A DNA stretch of 64,000 nucleotides from Bacteroidales bacterium. GTDB lineage: Bacteria > Bacteroidota > Bacteroidia > Bacteroidales > UBA1715. The stretch covers positions 30,058-94,057 of the forward strand of contig JAKSTZ010000004.1 in the NCBI GenBank assembly GCA_024402335.1. Direction: 5' to 3'. The position numbers and the translations under genes were made by a program. How positions within the stretch are numbered: position 1 is the first letter of the stretch; the number at the start of each line of letters is the position of its first letter. The notes under the pieces are model-generated. The model ran no database searches and had not been told where the DNA came from. It saw only the letters and a list, made by a program, of their open reading frames with translations. Below, piece by piece: positions 57,741 through 64,000 of the stretch.

Positions 57741-57781
57741 AAAAAAAATAAAACCCGATGCTGTTTTTCAACATCGGGTTT
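57741..57781 (-). terminator. Terminator after glnS (right island boundary)
   Basis: AAACCCGATG...CATCGGGTTT stem followed on the minus strand by a T-rich run. Confidence 0.7.
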
Positions 57782-57807
57782 TGTTTACTGATATGTAAGC
57801 TAAAGCC

Positions 57808-59493
57808 TTATCCGTTTATTTTTGCCCAGCTGTCTTTCAATGTACAAGCACGATTGAATACCAAATGGTCTGGAGTAGAATCTTTATCTACGCAGAAGTA
57901 GCCAAGACGTTCAAACTGCATTTTGTCTAAAACTTTGCTGTTCGCCAAATATGGTTCCAATTTACAATTTTGAAGAACTTGCAATGAATTTGGATTCAAG
58001 TTATCCAAGAATGTTTTGCCTTCTTCTACATCTTCTGGAGCTTCCACTGCAAACAATCTGTCGAATAAACGAACCTCAGCATCGATTGCTTTTTCAACTG
58101 AAACCCAATGGATAGTACCTTTCACTTTGCGTCCGTCTGGAGAATTTCCACCCTTAGATGCAGGATCGTATGTACAACGAATTTCTGTTATGTTGCCGTT
58201 TACATCTTTTATAACTTCTTGACAAGTAATAAAATATGCGTAACGAAGACGAACTTCTTGTCCTGGTGCAAGACGGAAATATTTCTTTGGAGGATTTTCC
58301 ATAAAGTCGTCTTGTTCAATATAGATTTCTCTTCCAAATGGAATTTCGCGTGTTCCAGCAGATTCATCTTCTGGGTTGTTCACTGCTGGCAAATATTCGA
58401 TTTGTCCTTCTGGATAGTTTGTAATCACTACTTTTACAGGATGAAGCACTGCCATCATACGAGGAGCAACTTTGTTCAAATGCTCACGAAGGCAGAATTC
58501 CAATACTGAATAATCAATAATATTATCGCGTTTTGCAACGCCTATCTTTTCACAGAAATTTCGGATAGATTCCGGTGTATAACCACGACGACGGAAACCG
58601 CATATCGTCGGCATACGAGGATCGTCCCAACCGCTTACATAGTTTTCTTTTACCAATTGTAAAAGTTTACGTTTGCTCATCACTGTATAGTTAATGTTCA
58701 AACGAGCAAATTCATATTGGTGCGAAGGGAAAATTCCTAATTGTTGAATAAACCAATCATACAATGGACGGTGAATATCGAATTCCAAAGTACAAATTGA
58801 GTGAGTGATATTTTCTATTGAATCGCTTTCGCCATGTGCAAAGTCATACATCGGATAAATGTTCCATTTATCGCCGGTTCTATGATGATGAGCATGCAAA
58901 ATACGATACATAATAGGATCGCGGAACTGCATGTTTTGGTGAGCCATGTCTATTTTTGCACGAAGAACTTTTGAGCCATCAGGGAACTCTCCATTTTTCA
59001 TTCTTTCGAACAAGTCAAGATTTTCTTCCACACTTCGATCTCTCCAAGGACTTGGTGTTCCAGGAGTTTGTACAGTACCACGATTCTTACGGATTTCCTC
59101 CAATGTTTGATCATCGACATACGCCAAGCCTTTCTTAATCAAAACACAAGCCCAATCATATAATTGAGCGAAATAATCAGATGCATAATGAACACTTGCC
59201 CACTCAAATCCTAACCAACGTACATCTTCCATAATAGAATCTACATATTCTGTATCTTCTTTTACTGGATTTGTATCGTCGAAACGAAGGTTGGTCTTTC
59301 CTCCATATTTTTTTGCTAAACCAAAGTTCAAGCAAATAGATTTTGCGTGTCCTATATGTAAATAACCGTTTGGTTCAGGTGGGAAACGAGTCAAAATTGC
59401 TTTGTGTTTTCCACTTGCTAAATCATTTTCAATGATTTCTTCCAAAAAGTTTAAGCTTTTCTTTTCTTCTTGCAAATTTTCTTCCATAATCAT
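57808..59493 (-). CDS. glnS: Glutamine--tRNA ligase
   Basis: 561 aa with the HIGH motif ([18 protein letters not shown]) and KMSKS motif (VMSKRKL). Confidence 0.95.
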   Translation of the reverse strand: MIMEENLQEEKKSLNFLEEIIENDLASGKHKAILTRFPPEPNGYLHIGHAKSICLNFGLAKKYGGKTNLRFDDTNPVKEDTEYVDSIMEDVRWLGFEWASVHYASDYFAQLYDWACVLIKKGLAYVDDQTLEEIRKNRGTVQTPGTPSPWRDRSVEENLDLFERMKNGEFPDGSKVLRAKIDMAHQNMQFRDPIMYRILHAHHHRTGDKWNIYPMYDFAHGESDSIENITHSICTLEFDIHRPLYDWFIQQLGIFPSHQYEFARLNINYTVMSKRKLLQLVKENYVSGWDDPRMPTICGFRRRGYTPESIRNFCEKIGVAKRDNIIDYSVLEFCLREHLNKVAPRMMAVLHPVKVVITNYPEGQIEYLPAVNNPEDESAGTREIPFGREIYIEQDDFMENPPKKYFRLAPGQEVRLRYAYFITCQEVIKDVNGNITEIRCTYDPASKGGNSPDGRKVKGTIHWVSVEKAIDAEVRLFDRLFAVEAPEDVEEGKTFLDNLNPNSLQVLQNCKLEPYLANSKVLDKMQFERLGYFCVDKDSTPDHLVFNRACTLKDSWAKING

Positions 59494-59504
59494 GAATTAA
59501 TGCT

Positions 59505-59512
59505 CAAAAGTA
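59505..59512 (-). promoter_or_regulatory. -7 box (TACTTTTG) for glnS
   Basis: The plus strand reads CAAAAGTA, 12 nt upstream of the ATG at 59493. Confidence 0.45.
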
Positions 59513-59546
59513 TAAATTAAATAAATTGCTTAGAACAAATTACACA

Positions 59547-60425
59547 TTAAATCTGCTCCATCAATTTCTGGGCAATCTGCTGTGAAATGTGTTCCTGAAG
59601 ATTTTCGTCTGCAATTTTCTGCAAAACATCGTTTGCAAAACCAGCAACCAACAGTTTTGTAGCCATCTGTCGGTTAATTCCACGTGCCTGCATATACCAC
59701 AAAGCTTCAGCATCGATTTGGCCCGTACTACTTCCATGGGTACATACAACATCATCGGCATAGATTTCGAGTTGAGGCTCACTATGAATATGAGCACTTT
59801 TCGACAACAACATATTTCTATTTTGCTGTTTTGCCAATGTTTTTTGTGCATCGCGTGCAACGTAAACCAAACCATAGAAAGAACCTGTACCTTCTTCGTC
59901 GGCAATGCCACGGAACAACTCCTCGGTTTCGCAATTTGCCGTTTGATGATTGACACGAGTTGCTATTGAATACGATTCTTTCTTACTTGGGAAAAATACG
60001 CCATACAAATTTGTATTTGCTTGCTCGCCATTTTTTTCTACGACTAAATCTATAGTATCTTTTTCTCCCGCCAATTGGAACATACCACTTGTATAAGTAC
60101 TATAGGCGTCTTGTTTCACAAGAATCTTCTGAACAGAATCGGTACGTTGCACAATGTAATTCGTACAATTCGCATTTTCACCACAGGAAATAGTCAACTC
60201 CGAATCTGCACTCTGCTCAAAACAAGTATATAACAATACTTGCGCATTCTTTTCTACAACAACTTCAGCAGTTGTTTTTCCCGAAAAGCACAAGCAAATA
60301 CGTTGTGTACCAGAAAAAGAAAGTCTGCCTCCACTACCATCAATTCGATGTACTGCATCGAACACGACCGAAGGGAAGCAATCGTTTACTACAGATGACA
60401 CTATTGGATTTACTTGTTCTCCCAT
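59547..60425 (-). CDS. Short SufD/SufB-family Fe-S cluster scaffold component (292 aa)
   Basis: C-terminal SufBD beta-helix region (LEIYADDVVCTHGSSTGQIDAEALWYMQARGI). About 150 aa shorter than typical SufD or SufB. Overlaps sufC by 16 nt. Confidence 0.8.
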   Translation of the reverse strand: MGEQVNPIVSSVVNDCFPSVVFDAVHRIDGSGGRLSFSGTQRICLCFSGKTTAEVVVEKNAQVLLYTCFEQSADSELTISCGENANCTNYIVQRTDSVQKILVKQDAYSTYTSGMFQLAGEKDTIDLVVEKNGEQANTNLYGVFFPSKKESYSIATRVNHQTANCETEELFRGIADEEGTGSFYGLVYVARDAQKTLAKQQNRNMLLSKSAHIHSEPQLEIYADDVVCTHGSSTGQIDAEALWYMQARGINRQMATKLLVAGFANDVLQKIADENLQEHISQQIAQKLMEQI

Positions 60426-61174
60426 TCCGAGCTATTTTTAGTAATCCATTCGTAACCTTTTTCTTCCAACTCAAGCGCCAACGACTTGTCGCCAGTTTTT
60501 ATAATTCTTCCATCATACAAAATATGTACAACATCAGGAACAATGTAGTCGAGCAAACGCTGATAGTGAGTAATTACTATATATGAGTTTTCCGGCGTTT
60601 TTAGTTTATTTACACCTTCCGACACGATACGTAAGGCATCGATATCCAAACCACTGTCGGTTTCGTCAAGGATGGAAAGTTTTGGTTCCAACATTGCCAT
60701 TTGGAAAATATCGTTTTTCTTTTTCTCACCACCAGAATAGCCTTCGTTTACCGAACGGCCCGACAATTTTGAAGGCAAGCCAACAAGTTCACTGTTTTTC
60801 TTCATCATTTTCAAGAACTCTGTTGGCGATGGAGGCTCAATACCTAAATATTTGCATTTCGATTCAATGGCTGCTTTCATGAAGTTAGTCATTGTAATTC
60901 CTGGTATTTCAACCGGATATTGGAATGCAAGAAATAGACCTTCACAAGCACGTTGATCGGCAGAAAGTTGCAATAAATCTTTTCCATTAAACAAGACTTC
61001 ACCTTCAGTCACTTCATACAAATCGCGACCGGCAAGCACACTCGAAAGGGTACTTTTTCCCGATCCGTTCGGTCCCATAATCGCATGGACTTCACCTGGA
61101 TTAATGGTCAAGTTTATACCTTTTAAGATTTCTTTGCCGTTTATTGAGGCATGGAGATTTTTTATTGTCAACAT
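60410..61174 (-). CDS. sufC: Fe-S cluster assembly ATPase SufC
   Basis: 254 aa with Walker A GPNGSGKST, signature YSGGEKKKN, and Walker B LSILDETDSGLD. Confidence 0.95.
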   Translation of the reverse strand: MLTIKNLHASINGKEILKGINLTINPGEVHAIMGPNGSGKSTLSSVLAGRDLYEVTEGEVLFNGKDLLQLSADQRACEGLFLAFQYPVEIPGITMTNFMKAAIESKCKYLGIEPPSPTEFLKMMKKNSELVGLPSKLSGRSVNEGYSGGEKKKNDIFQMAMLEPKLSILDETDSGLDIDALRIVSEGVNKLKTPENSYIVITHYQRLLDYIVPDVVHILYDGRIIKTGDKSLALELEEKGYEWITKNSSEWENK

Positions 61175-61202
61175 AGTAGGTCTCTATTTTCCAAATACGA
61201 TA

Positions 61203-61210
61203 CAAAAGTA
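61203..61210 (-). promoter_or_regulatory. -7 box (TACTTTTG) for the sufC / sufD-like operon
   Basis: The plus strand reads CAAAAGTA, 29 nt upstream of the ATG at 61174. Confidence 0.45.
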
Positions 61211-61275
61211 TGAATTTTTCTATTTTACCGACATCTTTTTTATTATCTTTGCTTGACTTTGCAAATAATTAAAAA

Positions 61276-62460
61276 GTGGCAGTTTTTACTTTTTCATACT
61301 ATATTCTACTAATTGTACTACTACTTTTTTCCGTTATTTTTTGTTTTGTTCCCGTCCCAAAAGTCGATAGCATTAAGAATTACAAGATTTCACTTCGGCT
61401 TTTCTCTGTTTCATATATTTTTCTTGCCGTTTACTGCTATATAAAAATCAACAAAGAGCCTCAGCTTCTTGGCATCCCATTTTTGATTGCCGCCAGTTTC
61501 CAAGCTATTATTTTGGGACTATCGCACATAAATCTCATTAATTCAGAGAAAATAACAGCGAAACATGTGCTACATCACTTTATTCCATGGTTTATTTTCA
61601 TTTTGTTAGGAATAATAGACTTTATATTTTCTGCACATTATCAATTAGATAGTTATAATAAACTTCTATTTTGGAACGCCGACAACGCATGGCACATGTA
61701 CGACATAATTCTTCGCGAAGTATGGTTTATAGCCTACTGTTTTTCTACTATATATTTTGGTTATCGATATTTCCATGAAGAACATGACTATAAAATCAAA
61801 GCAGAAAACTTTACATCCGAAGACGCTATAGTTAACATTCCTGTTGTTCACCATAGCTTTTTACTTGCCTTAGCTATTGCATGCACCACAGTATTAATTA
61901 CAACCTGTTTAAGCTGGACCGGATGCACTATTTTAAACTATATCATTTTACTACTATACATTGGAATGGGCATACTCTACATACAATATCCAAGGCGTTA
62001 TTTTGAAGTTTCTGCCATCATGCTTGATGAATTACAAAATGTTATTCAACAAAAAGACCAGAAAATCGAACAGAAACAAGAACTTACATGGGACACTATA
62101 CGACAACAAATTATTGAGAAAAAGCTTTACAGACAAAAAGGTGTGACAATTGAAGACATTGCACAAGAAATCGGGATAAACAGAACCAATATTTCCAACA
62201 TGGTAAACACCTACGAAAATGTAAATTTCAATAGTTTTATAAATTCACTCAGAATTGCCGACGCACAAATTCTATTACAAGAAAACAAATTAACTATTGC
62301 AGAAATTTCCGATCAAATTGGTTACACAGAACAAGGAAATTTCAGTCGTCAATTCAAACAAATTGTTGGCTGTTCACCTTCCGCATATAGGAAAGAAAAA
62401 GAAAAGCTACATTTTACCCCCCCCCCGATTCTACACAACATACTGATATTCAATAACTAA
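61276..62460 (+). CDS. Membrane-bound AraC-family transcriptional regulator (multi-TM N-terminus + HTH_18)
   Basis: About 230 aa of hydrophobic helices, then an AraC HTH (IAEISDQIGYTEQGNFSRQFKQIVGCSPSAYR). The start codon is uncertain (GTG at 61276). Confidence 0.75.
   Translation: MAVFTFSYYILLIVLLLFSVIFCFVPVPKVDSIKNYKISLRLFSVSYIFLAVYCYIKINKEPQLLGIPFLIAASFQAIILGLSHINLINSEKITAKHVLHHFIPWFIFILLGIIDFIFSAHYQLDSYNKLLFWNADNAWHMYDIILREVWFIAYCFSTIYFGYRYFHEEHDYKIKAENFTSEDAIVNIPVVHHSFLLALAIACTTVLITTCLSWTGCTILNYIILLLYIGMGILYIQYPRRYFEVSAIMLDELQNVIQQKDQKIEQKQELTWDTIRQQIIEKKLYRQKGVTIEDIAQEIGINRTNISNMVNTYENVNFNSFINSLRIADAQILLQENKLTIAEISDQIGYTEQGNFSRQFKQIVGCSPSAYRKEKEKLHFTPPPILHNILIFNN
62417..62426 (+). repeat. 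Homopolymeric C10 tract
   Basis: Ten consecutive C in an AT-rich genome, inside the last 15 codons of the AraC-family gene (encodes the PPP in ...HFTPPPIL...). Confidence 0.95.
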
Positions 62461-62505
62461 CAGAAATAATCACATAAATTCAACACATTGATTTTTTTGT
62501 AGATT

Positions 62506-62540
62506 TATCAATTTGATTGAAACATTTATACAAATTGATA
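62506..62540. promoter_or_regulatory. 10-bp inverted repeat TATCAATTTG-N15-CAAATTGATA upstream of the repeat-protein gene
   Basis: Perfect arms at 62506-62515 and 62531-62540, about 16 bp upstream of the -7 box at 62556-62563 and downstream of the AraC-family gene. Confidence 0.4.
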
Positions 62541-62555
62541 AACACCCCTGTGAGT

Positions 62556-62563
62556 TAGATTTG
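62556..62563 (+). promoter_or_regulatory. -7 box (TAGATTTG) for the tandem-repeat protein gene
   Basis: 32 nt upstream of the ATG at 62595. Confidence 0.45.
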
Positions 62564-62594
62564 CATTTTTGCTTAAATTTTTAATTCACACAAT

Positions 62595-64000
62595 ATGGAT
62601 AAATATGTACAAAAGAAAACAAAAACGAATTGGTTCAAAACCATATTCGTTTTCGTTCTATTGAGTGTTTTTAGTTTTGCTGCTTTCGCAGGAAATGAAT
62701 GGGAATTGACTGATAATGAAATCGTTATTCCTTACGATGAATATGGAGCAACAAATGCTTCAGGAGAAAGCATAGAATGGCAAGCAGGAAACACAAGTGT
62801 TTTACTAGAAACTGTTGCTGAAACAACAGGAAATACGGCTTGGGTTCCTGAAGTTGGTGAAGTTTTCACCGTTACTGTAGAAGGATTCGCTGACTTTACA
62901 GGCAAGATAGCTATTTCATTGGCTGACCGAAGAGAGGAGGTTGACTATTGGGCTACCTTGGCTAGCGAATACACAATGGATGTCGTTGAAGGAGAGAATT
63001 TCAGCGAAACTGTCACTTGCAAAATCACACATATCGAAAAAGACGGCAACGGACTTTATGCTCCTGAATTAGTGTTTACTGCAAGACCTAACATTACTTC
63101 TACCGACCATTCTTTCTCTAAAGAGGACAAACATTTGTATCTGAACGACTTTATGGTTGAATACGCCCCTGCTAATAAATACGCAGAAGTTGTTGCTATT
63201 CCGTATTTCGTTTACGGACTTAGTTCTGACAGTGATTCTGATTCTGACATGTTCGAAACCAACAATGGAGCGTACCAACAAATTCTTCTAGAAACTGTTG
63301 CTGAAACAACAGGAAATACGGCTTGGATTCCTGAAATCGGTGAAGTATTCAACGTTACTATGGAAGGATTCGCCGATTTTACAGGAAAACTACTGTTTTC
63401 ACTAGCTGACACAAGAGAAGATGTTGGCTATTGGGCTACCTTGGCTAACGACGACACATTTGATGTCGTTGAAGGAGAAAATTTCAGCAAAACTATCACA
63501 TTTAAAATCACACATACAGAGAAGAACGGAATCGGACTTTTTGTTCCTGAAATAGTGTTTACTGCGCTACCTAACATTACTTCTACCGACCATTCTTTCT
63601 CTAAAGAGGACAAACATTTGTATTTGAACGACTTTATGGTTGAATACACCCCTGCTAATAAATACGCAGATGTTGTTGAAATGCCGTATGACATTTTCGG
63701 AGCTAGTTTTGACAGTGACCCTGATTCCGACGAATTCAGAAACAATAATGGAATGTATCAATCTATTCTTTTTGAAATTGTTGATGAAACAACAGGAAAT
63801 ACGGCTTGGGTTCCTGAAGTTGGTGAAGTTTTCACCGTTACTGTAGAAGGATTCGCTGACTTTACAGGCAAGATAGCTATTTCATTGGCTGACCGAAGAG
63901 AGGAGGTTGACTATTGGGCTACCTTGGCTAGCGAATACACAATGGATGTCGTTGAAGGAGAGAATTTCAGCGAAACTGTCACTTGCAAAATCACACATAT
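62595..64000 (+). CDS. Secreted protein made of tandem 161-aa repeats (partial, continues past the window end)
   Basis: My own translation from the ATG at 62595 runs with no stop to 64000, so it is absent from the supplied ORF track. Signal-anchor WFKTIFVFVLLSVFSFAAFA. At least 2.4 repeat units. A -7 box lies at 62556-62563. Confidence 0.75.
   Translation, partial: MDKYVQKKTKTNWFKTIFVFVLLSVFSFAAFAGNEWELTDNEIVIPYDEYGATNASGESIEWQAGNTSVLLETVAETTGNTAWVPEVGEVFTVTVEGFADFTGKIAISLADRREEVDYWATLASEYTMDVVEGENFSETVTCKITHIEKDGNGLYAPELVFTARPNITSTDHSFSKEDKHLYLNDFMVEYAPANKYAEVVAIPYFVYGLSSDSDSDSDMFETNNGAYQQILLETVAETTGNTAWIPEIGEVFNVTMEGFADFTGKLLFSLADTREDVGYWATLANDDTFDVVEGENFSKTITFKITHTEKNGIGLFVPEIVFTALPNITSTDHSFSKEDKHLYLNDFMVEYTPANKYADVVEMPYDIFGASFDSDPDSDEFRNNNGMYQSILFEIVDETTGNTAWVPEVGEVFTVTVEGFADFTGKIAISLADRREEVDYWATLASEYTMDVVEGENFSETVTCKITH
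62821..64000 (+). repeat. Tandem 483-bp coding repeat (units begin ~62821, 63304 and 63787)
   Basis: The string AAACAACAGGAAATACGGCTTGG recurs at 62821, 63304 and 63787. Positions 62820-63034 are identical to 63786-64000 (215 bp). The middle unit is diverged. Confidence 0.9.

Noticed and set aside
63069-63761. Four 64-105-aa minus-strand ORFs (63069-63281, 63212-63412, 63428-63745, 63567-63761), plus the plus-strand ORF at 63640-63846.
   Set aside because: They are shadows of the plus-strand tandem-repeat gene that starts at 62595. Their mutual similarity simply mirrors the 483-bp repeat.

Overview
This 64 kb AT-rich chromosomal segment has the hallmarks of Bacteroidota, probably an anaerobic Bacteroidales-like organism. 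The evidence for that placement is 18 matches to the TAnnTTTG -7 promoter box correctly placed upstream of genes, two T9SS C-terminal sorting domains (type A and type B), an atpBEFHAG cluster without atpDC, and OmpH-like and LytTR-type genes. Most of the window is housekeeping: metH, an asd-aroE/aroK-aroA operon, aroC, a lysA-like decarboxylase, the F-ATPase genes, aspS, glnS, tadA, greA, ubiX, queH, sufC plus a sufD-like gene, and tRNA-Pro(UGG). Cell-surface and secreted cargo include a 1715-aa T9SS adhesin-like protein, a lamin-tail-domain T9SS protein, a GH16 lipoprotein, a secreted NucA-type nuclease, and a tandem-repeat protein that runs off the 3' edge and is absent from the ORF track. 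The most interesting part is a compact accessory island at about 52.4-57.8 kb, between an oxidoreductase gene and glnS. It holds a DUF262/DUF1524 (GmrSD-like) nuclease whose stop codon overlaps (TAATG) the start of an uncharacterised 2-TM protein. It also holds a small internally repeated protein, an XRE regulator and a PF01637-like AAA ATPase. One 16-bp operator architecture, GTAACA-N4-TGTTAC, occurs both in the XRE divergent promoter region and as a 15-bp-phased triple array upstream of the ATPase. I propose this as a candidate regulated defence-type module that I do not recognise as a described system. No CRISPR array, transposase, integrase or rRNA was seen. All functional calls rest on motif recognition by eye, because no database search could be run.
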